A stretch of 64,000 nucleotides of DNA from Octopus bimaculoides (taxonomy: Eukaryota): assembly GCF_001194135.2 (NCBI RefSeq), contig NC_068999.1:18294631-18358630 (forward strand), given 5' to 3'. Each line of letters starts with the position of its first letter. Positions within the stretch are counted from its first letter, which is position 1. Shown here in pieces: positions 25,701-39,300 of the stretch. The notes under the pieces were generated by a model. It saw nothing but the letters and a program-made list of their open reading frames with translations. It searched no databases and was not told the DNA's origin. A program made the position numbers and the translations under genes.

Positions 25701-27164
25701 CTCCAAAAGTCCTGATTTGTAAGTCGTCAGCAAAAATGTATTAGATGTAATGATACTTACTTTGATGAATAAAATTTAGGCATCGTTAAAATATATTGTG
25801 AGGAACTCCATGTTTTCAAACGTTGCTTACTTTCTGATACACTATTTCAAAAAGACAAATGCAACCATTTACGTGTTGCTGTTGTTATCTTAGTTTCTCT
25901 GCAAATTATTATTAAATACAANNNNNNNNNNNNNNNNNNNNNNNNNNNNNNNNNNNNNACGCACACACACATACACACACACACACACACCCACACACAC
26001 ACACACACGCACACATATGTATATATATCGAAGAACTGCATCGTACACAGTGCACCACTTTGTGGACAGCAGCAGTGTCTTCTTATCAATAACAAAAATG
26101 ACGTCGAGATTTGAGCCCTCATTAAAACTTAATAGATCAGATTTTTCTGTCTGTTTCAAACCTTGGCAAATTCTGGGTGGTTATGATGAAAATATTCAGT
26201 AATCAACATCTTGTTAAACCTGAGAAAAAGTGATATTCACTTTTGGTTATTTACGTAGTACGCTCAAAGAACGTTAAGTTGCATCAACATCGACCTGGAT
26301 CTATGTTATAACTCTGATTATGTAATCATAACATTTGGGAACTTATGCAGACAGATGTGTTACTTTACGGTAGTCGGGGATCATGATTTTCTTCGAAAAG
26401 TAAAGGACACGTATTTTCAGTTCTTCAATCTATAGGCAACACATTTAACGATTACCAGGCTGCATACTCTGTCACTGATGTTATGTAATACATATTGTTT
26501 GAATGCGTAAAGTCAATTTATTTTAATATTTTGGGAAAAGTGAATGGTGGTAGTTACGTTGAAGTTTCAGGCAGAGAAATTCGTTTTAAAGATTTCGACT
26601 ATTTCGAATACTCTTGTCTCATAACTATTGTTTCTGTCTTGTTATCTTAGGGTATGTACACTGCATTAATATTTCTTGGGAGGCTGGCATGTCGTCATCT
26701 GTAGCATTTGGACTTCTTCACATTATTACATATTATCTTATTTGCAACAGTGCGTTATATATACTTTCGCGTACTTATTTTTGTGTATTTGCCAGCTGAT
26801 AGGAAATTCTTTTACTGGATTATGGAATTAGGTATCATAGTGAGGAAACTTGTTATCTCCGTTTACTTGAGTATATTTGAAAATGCGCGGCTGCTCGATT
26901 AATATGAATCCGTGCAGTATAGATTAAGTAATTTCGCTAGCTGTCGACGCATATATCGTTGACTTCTTGTTCAGCTGCTATGGAATATTATTGAGTTCCG
27001 GCTTCAATAGAAGCTAAAGTCGTGTTACACATGAAACATGGTGCCCGGAAATTGTTGATGTTAACACTGCTACCACCATTTTTGTTATTCCTTCAGTTAA
27101 CCATATTATAATTATTGGTATTTCTTCTTAAAGCACTGCCGAAATAAATATAAAATTTGAAGGC

Positions 27165-27487
27165 TGACATCCATTGGTTAGGGCGACGGGTGTTCAAATT
27201 GAACTGATCAACGGAACGACATGCTCGTGAAGTTAATGTGTAAGTGGCCGAGCCCTCTACAGACAATAGTACACTTACCATAGTTCTCAGGAAGATTAAG
27301 TGGAACACAGAATATGAGAATGTTCGTTATTTAAATTTCAGGTACAGATCATTTTGACAGTTGAAAGGATTCCAGGGACGTGAAATTGAGTGTCTTGCTT
27401 CAGAAACAACGCAATGTCAGGACTGGAAATCATGATCTTTCGGTTGTAAGCTGAATGTCCAAACCACTAACTCACGCGCTTTCACAA
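27165..27487 (-). mobile_element. tRNA-derived SINE (decayed)
   Basis: Minus strand starts GTGAAAGCGCGTGAGTTAGTGGTTTGGACATTCAGC..GATCATGATTTCCAGTCC (A/B-box-like head), followed by a body matching a recalled octopus SINE. Confidence 0.65.
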
Positions 27488-27914
27488 AACTGCAATCACT
27501 GGCTTCTTTACATCTTCAGCTACCATGCGGCACCCTATTTTCAAAAGTTTATTATTAAATTCGTTAAACAATGTCCTATGCACAATGATTCAAGAATTTT
27601 TGTTATTTGTTATTCATTTGCAGCTCATGTTCAATAACTCCATAAATGCATCCAGATTCATCACAATCATATCCCAGCGAGGCTTGAAAATGCACTGGAT
27701 AATGTTAAACCTTTATCTAATAAAGTGCTATATTTATTAATTTAATTCACCTCCGATGAGCGCAAAACTAATCGAAGACAAAATAAGATAGACAAAGTTG
27801 TATTTTCCTTCACATGTAAATTTTCCCGTTAATCGTTCATTGGCAAGTGATCGTTTTCTAATTGCAAATTTATCGATTTCATATTGTGTAAATTTTTTCC
27901 AAATTATTGTTGTT

Positions 27915-28030
27915 TAAAAGGGTGGTAAAATATTTATCATGCCGGATGAAATGCTTACCGGCATTTTTCCGGTCTTTGCATCCTGTGTTCAAATTCCACC
28001 GATGTGAACTTTGCTTTTCAAGTACTAGTC
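27915..28030 (+). mobile_element. SINE 5' fragment (same family as 29704)
   Basis: GCCGGATGAAATGCTTACCGGCATTT..GTGTTCAAATTCCACCGATGTGAACTTTGCTTTTCA parallels 29735-29815. Confidence 0.6.
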
Positions 28031-28379
28031 AAGCACTGCAGTCGGTGAAATCGGTGAAATCGACTATTCCAGCCACACAGATTTTCAGACATTGTATTTG
28101 TGCCTACAGTTGAAAGGGATATTATCAATGTTATTTTTCTCGTTATCATTGATGTCTTTTGCTATTAATAATTATGTTCGCATATATATATATACATTAC
28201 TTTTCTATGTGTACGACGTGCCAGCCACATGTTAGACGACGAAATGATTGCAGAACAATGAGAAATGGAAAGTTTTGCTGAACAACATAACACCACACCC
28301 GCTCTTAAAATGGAAAGCACGATCTAGCAATCTTGAATGCACCACCCTAAGCTACTTAGCCATATGCCTTCAGAAACAC

Positions 28380-28416
<37 letters not shown>

Positions 28417-28719
28417 NNNNNNNNNNTATATTGAAGCTTATTTTATAATTGAGTTATAGAAAAAACAAATTACATTAAAAAGTCTCACTTAAAAGTTATC
28501 ATTGTTTATACGTTTCTTATATAGTTACACATCGGGGCTTCAGCCAACAAACAGTCATCGGCGTCTCTGATAAAAGATACTTGCTGAGCCTTCACTGCCA
28601 CTATCAACACTCGTAACGTTATGAAGATAAGATGACTTATTGAATGACATTTTTACTGAAAGCAATACAGAAGTGAAAATAAGTTTTCTATACTGTCAGA
28701 TGTCTTTGAAATTCTACAT

Positions 28720-29660
28720 ATAGGTTGATAAGTACTTCGTATAATATACCAAGTTGTCCTGTACATTTTCATGCTATTTTCTATGCCTGAAATACTGATT
28801 GGTGATTGAAGGGGAAGAGCATTTCCGACTACAAAAAGCATTTCGTATTGTTTCTATGTATTTCGTATCTGCTACAATCGGGATCAATGCAAATGGGTGA
28901 ATAGCATTCAGTGAAAGAGCATTCGGCTTTGAAGAATATCCATGCTGGTTTAAAATCTCCAATGTTGCTACTGACACTAATCGCAACAAGTAGACGATTG
29001 TTATCGCAACAAGAAACAACTCACAATTCCGGCTAATAGTGCGTAACTACATTGTACCCGCAAGGCATTGCAGTACATTCTCGAATCAATTGCGAGTCAG
29101 AAAATGTGTGTAGCATGTGTAATTCTGACGTTGATACCCAGTTTAAAAGAGTGTGATGGGCAAGTCAAGTTTAACAAGTAGGAAGTTTTGAATTGAAAGA
29201 ATAAATGGGCTTTTTATCAATCTGGTGGCAGGCCATGGAATGTGGGCGTATCTAAAAGATGCGGAATCGAAAGCTGACTACATGGATGGGCATTATACAT
29301 ATTTTCCAAGGCATAAAAAATTTCACGGACAGCAAATGGCACTGAAATTTATGATGGTTAATTTTGATTGAAAAGGTCAAATTAATCTAGATTTTTCTTC
29401 AATATAGCTAAAACACGTGCAACGATCTGTGCAATGTGTCCCTGAAAAAGCTGAAAATTGCCATCAGGTGTTAAAAACTGGTTACCGAACTGAAAGAAAC
29501 CGTATTCACCATCAAATGTGACACAGCTTTGAAGAGAACAAAAAAACCCCAGCAAAATGGCAAGGGCTGTGACAAGGACTCTATACGGCTACGTTCGAGA
29601 ATTTACATTGGGCTTTCAGAAATGAGCAAATTCACTGACCTAGAGAATCTTACTTCGAAA
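28720..29660 (+). mobile_element. Heavily decayed mariner remnant
   Basis: TIR-like TAGGTTG at about 28722; FSERAFG..KNIHAG; LKKLKIAIR..VFTI(HDN) region. Confidence 0.45.
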
Positions 29661-29703
29661 GGTATTAAATGTTTAGTCGTTAATTAAGATATATGTGTGT
29701 CTT

Positions 29704-29880
29704 AAGGCGGGAAGCTGACAGAATCGTTAGAAGGTGGGGCGAAATGCTTAGCTGTATTTCGTCTCACTGTACTTTCTGAGTTCATATTCCACCGAGGTCG
29801 ACTTTGCCTTTCATCCTTTCGGGGTCGATGAAATAAGTACCAGTCACACACTGGGGCCGTTCTAATCAACTGGTCCCCCA
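29704..29880 (+). mobile_element. tRNA-derived SINE
   Basis: AAGGCGGGAAGCTGACAGAATCGTTAG (A box) ..GAGTTCATATTCC (B box) ..GAGGTCGACTTTGCCTTTCATCCTTTCGGGGTCGATGAAATAAGTACCAG. Confidence 0.8.
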
Positions 29881-30689
29881 AAAAGTGTGTGTGTGTGTGT
29901 GTGTGTGTTTATTTGTGTATATATATGTATATATTGAATGAGATATACATGATATACAGAGAGAGAGAGAAACAGACAGACAGAGACGGAGTGAGAAAGA
30001 CAGAGGGAGAAAAAGAGGATTAAGTTCTTTTCAACATGTATGAAAGATAACACTTCTCTCGATGTAACTTATTTCATTTCTCTGTTTTCATATAATCCTA
30101 TTTGTGCTTAGAGTAAAATTTATCGCAACATTGCTAGTAATCAATCTAATTTGCTTGACATTCACAAGCTGAATTTTTACTCATTTTCTTACCCAAATGT
30201 TATTCAGATTCTTCAATAGAATATAATGTAAATATCATGGAAAAATGCATTTAGTTTTTCACAAATTTTGGTCATTATTTGAAACAACATTCTCAAATTA
30301 GTACATTTAGCATACTCGCAGGTATTTTGGATTCACACAGCCTGTGTATTAATTTGTTTCATACGTACTTTGTTCTCTAATTACGCATTTAACTTGCACT
30401 TAGTTCATTATGAATATAGTAATATCACTTAGCGTCTATTTTTGTTTTGCATCAGTCTATAATATCAAAATGTCATATTATCATAGACTTATACATCTCA
30501 CAGTATAATCCAAATTCTGATCTAGATAGCAAAGCATCACAAATCATTTGGATCGAAATTATTACATTAATCACACGAGTTGTCTATATAGAGAACAAAT
30601 TTATTCACTGAAATTTTATATATATAGGATGCGTATTTTTTTTCCTTTTTTATAAGAGCTCTAATTTTCTTCTAACCTATTTCTGTCTT

Positions 30690-31800
30690 CAGATAAATAA
30701 TGTCAGACGTTATCTTGACTCAACAAACAAAATAACACGCTGTGATCATTGCCTTAAAAGAGTTGCATAGTGCTACAGAGATAGGTCGATCCTGAAATCT
30801 GTGCGATCCTTCATTGAAAAAGTTCGAAAAGAATCGGATGCTGACGGACATCAAACATCAGCATCTAAATGCAAAACAAATGCAAAGGGCTCTGATACCA
30901 TCAGCATACATGAGTCTGTAGGAAACATTCAACTAGTCGATTAAACAATCGAAACCTCGAAAAGGAATGTTGTGAAAGACCTAAAGGTTTCAGAATGCAC
31001 CCTGAGAAGAGTTGTGCTTGAAAACATCCGGTATAAGTCGTGTGTGAGGCAGAGGATTCAGTTTACGGTCGATGTGACAAGAAATCTGTCAAATCTGTTA
31101 ATCAAGTTAAAACACCAAGGGGTTGGAAATCTTTGGCTTTACAAAGACCAAAAGTTAAACCAAACGAACGACAGATTCTTATACAATGGTCCAAAAGAGG
31201 TCCCAACGGTCATGCAATCTAAGTTTCCAGCAACCGTGGTGATTTTGCGAGCCGTTACTAAGGAGAGAGACGTCTGTGATGATTACTCACTTGTTATCCC
31301 AGGGTTCAAAGTGGAATGGCGCTGTCTACACAGAGGTATTCGAGAAAGTTGCGTGGATAGAGAGTACGCAACTGAAGACCATACGTCTTCCAAGAAAACA
31401 TTGCACCATCTCATAAGCTCTAGAGTGAATGCATGCCAATCTTCTTGATCATATCCTTCCAGACAAATAGTCCCCTTGCTCACCAGTCCTCATCCATTGG
31501 CCTTCTACGCAAGAGGTTTAGTTGAGAGAAGACAATCAACGCTTCAATAATTTCAATCACTTTCTCAAGTCTGCCATAACCAGCAATATGTTGTAAATTG
31601 ATAAAGATCATCTGATTCTGGCATGTTAAAATTTCCAATACCGTATCGAAGTAGCCTTTGATGCTAACAATTGATTCCTTGGATAAGCATAGTAAAAGGA
31701 TCCTCAAAATTATGTGTACCCATGTCTCCATACAGATTTGGTGATTTGTCTCTATTTTCTAAATTCATACAACTGACCTAAAAATGTGATGACCCCTGTA
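30690..31800 (+). mobile_element. maT/DD37D-type Tc1/mariner transposase pseudogene
   Basis: MSDVILTQQTK*HAVIIALK (ATG 30700); KDLKVSECTLRRVVLENIRYKS; QTNDRFL..EVPTVMQSKFPATVVIL; YVFQENIAPSHK; PLAFYARGLVER; GACCCCTGTA end at about 31799. Confidence 0.8.
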
Positions 31801-32879
31801 AATACTAAAGAAATTTTAGAGACGTTGGTTATCCTAGTGTAATTGGGTAACATATTGTTACAGAAGGGAGATATTTTGGGATATACATACGCACATTTTC
31901 ATATCGACTTACTATTTAAATAGTAAGCTTATGATATTAAGCTCCAAAATTCACCTAGGTTTTGTTTTGTATTTAAAGTTGATAACTGACGTTAGAATGT
32001 TTGTAAAACTTCTCGAATTAAACATATTTGTCAATATTGCCCTCTCTTGAAGAAGCGATTTTGCTAAATTGTTTTTAGCCTCTTCATTCTGCGAATGCTT
32101 GCTACTTTCTTACGTATCTATTTCGGCAATGTTTTCACAAACAATTACCTGCAACTCACGGGGCATGATCCGAATTGCTCCGTATAAAGAATGTAGAGTC
32201 AATTCAAAGCAATGCGAAGGAATAAGTATTACATTTCGCAGAATAATCGACTTTGTCTTAACATAAGAAATTCTGGTGCTACTGGCTTGTATTTTTCGAT
32301 CATCTTTTAACCGAGTCCTGTAATACTGTCTACACCAAATGATATATTCCGTTAAAACCAATCAGATTATGAATCTGTGAACTAAATATATAATTATTAA
32401 TGCAGAAAAATGAGCAAAATTCTAAAGATATATAGATAATATAACAAGGTATGTAAATGAGTTAATTGCAGTAATATTGTATCTTTGAATGTGAATGTGC
32501 GTTACTTTGCAAAAAAAGAAATAAATCAAATTGTGTTTTAGAAATTGGACTTAATTAGGTTGACGTGTTTCAAGAAAAATAATATTACGTAGTAAAAGAT
32601 TTCTTGGAAGATAAATTATACATGGAACATAAGATACTACGCACCAACAAATGATATATACACATATATATGTATTGTTTGTGTATATGTATGGAAATAT
32701 ACATGTATACATATACATACCTACATATATATATATATATNNNNNNNNNNTAGAAACCAATGTAGCAAAGAACACAACATAACTGCGGTTTAGTTCCTGT
32801 TTTTAAGGCAGGAACTCCAATGGCGATAGGTAGTTTCACTACATATATATATACCCGATATCCAGCAACAAGCAACAAA

Positions 32880-33600
32880 AAACATCCTCATTGATATCGC
32901 TGTCTGACCTAATTCCACCCAACACTACCGTGGCAAGCCAGGACTTACTATTGCAACAACAGCCAACTACTGCTACTACACTGGAATCCCTTTGTATGGC
33001 ACCACTATCTGACCTGATTCAACCCAGCCCTACTGTTGCAAGACAAGTTTCACTACTGCTTCAGCAAGAACAACAACAACAGTCTGCTACTGATACTACA
33101 ATAGGACAACTGACCAATGAGCCTGCCAATATAGAAAAACCTCTACTATGCCCACGTAAAAAAAACCCCGTTGTTGCCATTCTTAAGGTAACTGTAGATT
33201 TAGCCCCATCGGCATCAACACGGGATACTATGCTTTTTTCCACCCTACTTTATGCCATAGATTTGTTAAGGGTATTTGTCCATATGGTATAACGGAAAAA
33301 AATGCCCTCACCTCCACCCCAAATACTGCCCTAAATATAGAGTCCATGGCCCTGGACCTAAATATGGATGCACAAAAGGCAATGAATGCACCTTCTTCCA
33401 TCCTAAACTATGCCAAACTTCTGTGTCACTAAGGATGTGCTTGAACCTAGAATGCAACCAACGTCTGAAGGGCACAAAACAATCAAATAAACAAATACAA
33501 AATACAACCACATTTCACCTCCTACAACCAAACAACGAAGACAGGACTATGGAAAAATCATAACACCAAATAACATGAACTATGTATCATCTGACCAAGT
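32880..33600 (+). mobile_element. LINE ORF1-like fragment with tandem CCCH zinc fingers (CR1/L2-type by inference)
   Basis: TLCHRFVKGICPYGIT/KKCPHLHPKYCPKYRVHGPGPKYGCTKGNECTFFHPKLCQTSVSLRMCLNLECNQR (frameshift at about 33295), preceded by a duplicated Q/T/P-rich unit. Confidence 0.6.
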
Positions 33601-33904
33601 GGCAAACATGCGTTTTCTCCAATCCCTAAATTCTTATATATATATATAAATATNNNNNNNNNNNNNNNNNNNNNNNNNNNNNNNNNNNNNNNNNNNNNNN
33701 NNNNNNNNNNNNNNNNNNNNNNNNNNNNNNNNNNNNNNNNNNNNNNNNNNNNNNNNNNNNNNNNNNNNNNNNNNNNNNNNNNNNNNNNTATATATATATA
33801 TATATTATATGTATAAATGTCTACACATATACATAAATATATAAGTACGTGCCTTTACATACATATGTATAAGCGTATATGTACTATATATACGTGTGTA
33901 TATG

Positions 33905-34250
33905 TATATAGATCGAAAGAGGTGGTAATCCGCTGGTGCCAAATCAGGAGAATACATCCCGATCTTTCATGTGCTCTATGTAGTTATGCAACACTATACA
34001 GTTCTTCTGGTCATATCATATCTGATTTGTGGGCGGTTGTGACGCAATAGTGTGCTAAGAATTTGATCATGGATTTGCCTCTCATTTTGTGTGAAAGGCA
34101 ACGAACCATTTCACATCATAATTGTATCAGTATCTGTTCAAACCTTGCAAATAGGTTTTTCCAGTATATGGCCAAGGTATCTCAACATGTGAAGTGCAAT
34201 TTACTGATCTGTGAAAAAACAAAAACAACAGTTATTAGAAATAATTCCTT
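33905..34250 (-). mobile_element. mariner C-terminal fragment
   Basis: MYSPDLAPADYHLFRS on the minus strand at about 33960-33912. Confidence 0.7.
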
Positions 34251-35889
34251 TTAACTGTTATAAATATAGTGTGTATATGCTTATACGATTATGAACGTCT
34301 ACACCTCGAATGAAATTAATACATGGAAAATAATGATTTATACAGTTATTTCTAGATATCTATGTAAATATTGTGGTGTATTCTTTTACATTTAATTAAA
34401 TTCTATATCTCTTTCCTAGTTACTGTAACTCAAGAGTTATTGCAGCCTTGAATATGTCTAATTTCACGCTTTTCGTTTGATAAATATCCAATAGATTTCC
34501 CTAACAAAGATCGATATCGAATTTTCCGATCGCTTCTTCAAAGATTGCGTGAAATGTAATGAATATCTGTTTGAATAAATACAGTCCTAAGCTTGAACTT
34601 TTAGTGGTGCTTCTCATAAATATATTTTGTATTGTAATCACATGTGATTATCAGGTTAAGTTTATCTCTATTGACTTTATATGCTTTTTCAGGCCCTCTA
34701 TATTATAACTATATGTATTTGTTTTGTTACCTCAAGTCATTTTGATACTAATATAAATTTATGTGAATTGAGTCAACATCTAATCAATATCTGTGTTGCA
34801 AGATTATAACACAATATGATAAGTAGAAACTATTGAGAGTACATGTATCAGCTACTCATGCAAATTCTGGCCGAATTTAGCTAACACATTGAAGCTGTTA
34901 GTAGGAGAATTAGTTAAATTTATGTTCTACACCTCGCTATACGTGGCGTATATAGGGACTTCATATCAGCCGGCAGATATAAGCAGCGATCAGCAAACAC
35001 ATTTTTCCATGATATTTCAAACATACGCTGCAACGACAGACCTAAAGGTCCATGGTTCTTCTGTCTGATGATGAGATAAACACGTCGAAAATAACGGTGT
35101 ACCATGATGTTATGCGCCTGTAAGTTGAGTAAATTAAACGAATTATCTTCGTAATAGAGAGAATGTTTGGCACTTGACAGCGATTTCCAATTTTTTTGCC
35201 TGAAGCTTCCTAGATGTATTCACGATAAATAAGCAAATATTTGTATCACATCGCACTGTATACGACAGAAAGAACGATTTTAGTTCTTTAGAATTAAAAT
35301 TTTAGAAATTTTTACCTAGTTGAAGTCAAATTTTAAAAATTTTACATAGTTTTACAAATGTTTATAAGTACACGTTTTAAATGCCTTGCTTTAGAATGTA
35401 TACATAGACACAAACAGTACAAAATAAAATACCGACGTTTGACACCGAATTCAAGAAATATATTAATGGCATTGCCTACCAACTCTATCTCCATAAAACA
35501 CGATAGTTAAAGTTTTCCGTATTAATCAAATTGCTTGACAATGAAGCTCTAGCGATAAATATACCTACCAACTATCTCTACACCGTTTGTGAAAAAGAAG
35601 CACGAGATAAACAATTTTTTATGCTAAAAACAAAATGGCATACCAGACTAATAACCTCCATCTTCCAAATACAGATAGGTGAAATACTGTAAATAATATG
35701 AACGAGTAGTAAAGAAATTTCTGGTTAACTAAAACATACCGCTCACGTTATTTTGTGAATCCATAAAATTTCCACTGCAAACTTTGAGCATTATCATCTA
35801 CTTTCTCAAAGTAAAGGATTAAATCCCATAAAGCAAAATTCACAACAATAGCTCAATTCCAAATTTTAACAATATACACCTTTTCCCGC

Positions 35890-37110
35890 AACTGGTGCTG
35901 TGATGTGATGTGGTGTTGTGTGGTATGGTGGTGCATGGTGTAGGGGTGAGTGGTGTGGTGTGATGGTGTTGGAAGGGGGGAGGCGACAGTGGGAAAAGCA
36001 AGGATGGGGTGTAGGTTAGGATGAGGATAGGAGTAGAGGTGGCGTATGTAAGTAGGATGATGCTGGGGCTAGAGTGAGGTATAGGGGATTGGATGTAAGG
36101 GGTGGGGTAGGTGGGATGGGATGGATAGGGAACGTGGGGTTGGATTGTGTACAGGTGAGGTGGGGTTACAAGGGAGTGGTGATGATGAAGGGAGAATGGA
36201 GAAGGTGGTTATGAGTGGGTAGGAGTGGGTAGAGAAGAAGGAGTTGGAGCGAGAGGACAAATAGGTGGGAGGAAATAGGTGTGAGGAGAATACTGGTTAG
36301 ATGAAGAGGAGAGGATATTTGAACCCATGTGCTGCAAAGGAGCGAAGAAAGAAGATTAATACATGTTCACAGTGCAAACGGGTGTTCGGGTGGCTCCTGT
36401 GCAAGGAAAATCCGAACACAGACAGGTGTTGCAAAGAGTGACTGGTAGAGCGAAAATGGCGCGAGACCGGTGTGTCATTGCTGAGTTGGGTGTCTCGGAG
36501 TTGTTCCGCGAACCGGTCAGCCAAGCAGTGTCCCGTTTGCCCAATATATAGAGAAGGGCAGAGAAAACAGGAGATGCAGTAGATGACATTGGTAGAAGTG
36601 CAGGTAAAGGAGTCGCTGATGTGATAGGGTCGATGACAGGTGCCGGTGAGGAGTGTGTGTTGAAGAGGTAAGGACAAGTGCACCAGCGTTGGCGGGAGCA
36701 GGAGATCGAGAGGGGTTAGGAGGTTGGATTAGGGAAGTATCTGTGGACCAAGAGGTCTTATAGGTCGTTTGCTCGTTTGAAGGATGGGGGCGGTTAGGGA
36801 AGCTGTGCGAAGTAGAGGTGTCGTAGANNNNNNNNNNNNNNNNNNNNNATCTGTGGACCAAGAGGTCTTATAGGTCGTTTGCTCGTTTGAAGGATGGGGG
36901 CGGTTAGGGAAGCTGTGCGATGTAGAGGTGTCGTAGATAGTGCAGAAGAAGTGGAGGGCAGGATGGAAAGATTTGACAAAAGAGAGGAAGGAATCCAGAT
37001 GTTCGCGGGAGAGAGTGGTCGTACCGATAGAGTCGTCACTATAACGGCCGCATAGTTTCGGAGTGGGACCAGTGAAAATTGAGAATATTTGCGCCTCAAA
37101 GTAGCCAGTA
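35890..37110 (-). mobile_element. Penelope-like element (same family as 11381-12125): RT piece, internal deletion, GIY-YIG, C-rich 3' region
   Basis: EAQIFSIFTGPTPKLCGRYSDDSIG..FVKSFHPALHF; SDSFTCTSTNVIYCISCFLCPSLYIGQTGHCLADRFAEQLRD..PVSRHF..EHVLIFFLRSFAAHG. Confidence 0.9.
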
Positions 37111-37185
37111 ACAGTGCAGAAAAATGAATTCGGTTATATATATATATATAACCGAATTTATTTTTCTGCATTGCTACTGGCTACT
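37100..37185. repeat. 86-bp near-perfect palindrome centred on (TA)n
   Basis: AGTAGCCAGTAACAGTGCAGAAAAATGAATTCGGTTA (TA)n TAACCGAATTTATTTTTCTGCATTGCTACTGGCTACT; 3 mismatches between the arms. Confidence 0.95.
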
Positions 37186-38017
37186 ATTTGTGTGTGTGTG
37201 TAACATAAAAGCATCGAATTCCTTCCTGTCACATATGCTCATAAAACCGGTTTCCCAGATTCTAAAGCATTTATATTATCTCTTTTGTGGACAGTGCGCA
37301 GATTTAATCATTTTGTTAATGCAATGTTCTAGTATAGAGCCACGATAAAATAAATAAATGACTTGTTTTTTTGGGGGGGCTTTTTGTCTAGGAAAAGATT
37401 CATCGCACTTCCAGGAATCCAAACCAGTATTTTACTATCATGAGTACATCACCATTAGCCTTAACACAGGCACCTTGTCAGTTATGTACAGCAATATTTT
37501 TTTTTTAATTGAAAGGATTTGTATTTCTGCAATTCACATCAATATTATATTGTACTATAGCATATGTAACATACATGTTGTGTTCTATGCGTTGTTATTG
37601 AGCAAGTAAAATGTATAAGCCCCATTCGTAAACTTAGATATTGAAAGCAACTGAAAATTATGTTGTACAAGTCGCGAAAATATAGAATAATATGCGTTCA
37701 TCTTTAAACGGTTTTTGTTTTTCTGTTCAGTTTCTTTACTATTTAGTTTTGATTTCTAAATTTCGGAGTACATTTACTTAGCTTTCTACAAGTTAAATAC
37801 TTCTTAGATACATATTATGACCAACGAAGAAGAATTTCGAATTCATATACTTGTAATTTTGTACGCTAATGCAGTTCACTAAATGCCAGTCGAAAGGGAA
37901 AGCTAAAGGAATTTTTAATGTGTTGTAAGATTTCAGGCGCCAGAGATCACAACGCTCACATTGAAATGAGTAATTGAAGAAAGGATGGTGTGTATTAATA
38001 ACTACTCATTTCTGTTG

Positions 38018-38032
38018 TGAGAATTAGTAGTA

Positions 38033-38065
<33 letters not shown>

Positions 38066-38165
38066 GTGTTGATAATGCTATTAACAGCAGCAACAACAAC
38101 AACAACAAGAACAGCAGCTGCAACAATAGCAATAGTGATATTGAGAACAATGACAGCACAAGCAA

Positions 38166-38196
<31 letters not shown>

Positions 38197-38291
38197 AAGA
38201 AGAAGAAGAAGAAGAAGAAGAAGAAGAAGAAGAAGAAGAAGAAGAAGAAGAAAAAGAAGAAGAAGAAGAAGAAGAACAAGAACAAGAAGAA

Positions 38292-38322
<31 letters not shown>

Positions 38323-38356
38323 AAGAAGAAGAAGAAGAAGAAGAAGAAGAAGAAGA
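38018..38356. repeat. Compound microsatellite (GAT)n-(AAC)n-(AAG)n
   Basis: Direct reading; about 190-bp AAG tract. Confidence 0.95.
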
Positions 38357-39177
38357 GAGATCAAGCAGAATACAGAAGTTAAAGAAAACATATCAATGTA
38401 ATCTAAGACCTTAGGGGCAATTATCAAATAGCAAACCAGCATTTGACTGCCTTATATTGCCTTTGGAGTGATTTGGGATTTCTAAATGCTGATACAATTA
38501 TTAGATTTGAAATGAAGCCAGCATTTCAAAGCAGGTTTTGTTTCTTTGAAGCAAAGAACTGAATAGAACAGCACTGCATAGCTCAAGCTGAGAGGAATAT
38601 AATGACACGACGAAAGGTGAGGATTGACAAAGTGAAAAATGATGGAGAGCGCAGGAGTGAGGTAGATAACTACACACCCACATACACAAATTCATCTTAA
38701 CTAAGATAGAGATAGGGGTATTGAAAAAGTCGAAGAGAGAAAGGAATCAGGATCGGAATGACAAACTGAGTCGTTGATATGGTAGAGTATGTGTATGTAA
38801 TCAATCCTATGGCGTTCTTTAATAGAATTACATAACTTGTACCTAGGGAGTATACGAGGCTGAGATTAAAGGCGTATGAACCGATGAGTTATTATGCAGC
38901 TGCTGTGTAGCTCTATATAATATTAAAGTGGCTAGAGGTGAAATACAGTGCTGTAAGATATGTTTATAAAATGGTTTAAACTTGTTTTCGATTTCATAAA
39001 AGCCCGCGTATAATACATATATGCATATATATATATATATACTTCTTTGTGTGTGTGCGTGGGTGTGAGCGAGAATTTGTGTGAGCGTGTGCGCGCGTCT
39101 GTGTATGTGTATGGTAGTATGTTAGTGTGTATTTACATTTATACGTATGTTTCTATATGCATGTGAATGTATGTGTA

Positions 39178-39230
39178 CCTACCTATCTACCTATCTATCT
39201 ATATATCTATCTATCTAACTAACTAACTAA

Positions 39231-39261
<31 letters not shown>

Positions 39262-39300
39262 CCTACCTACCTACCTACCTACTTACCTACTTATCTACAT
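39178..39300. repeat. (CTAT)n/(CTAC)n/(CTAA)n tetranucleotide repeat
   Basis: Direct reading up to the gap. Confidence 0.95.

Noticed and set aside
26060-26170. NLDVIFVID vWA-like motif on the minus strand
   Set aside because: Lacks the DxSxS MIDAS residues and has no convincing donor site
35065-35090. CTGATGA..GAAA hammerhead core spacing
   Set aside because: Stem II only 2 bp, no stem I partner and no NUH in register
36739-36937. 89-bp direct repeat inside the PLE
   Set aside because: Copies flank a 21-N gap with one mismatch; most likely a haplotype overlap artefact rather than a pseudo-LTR
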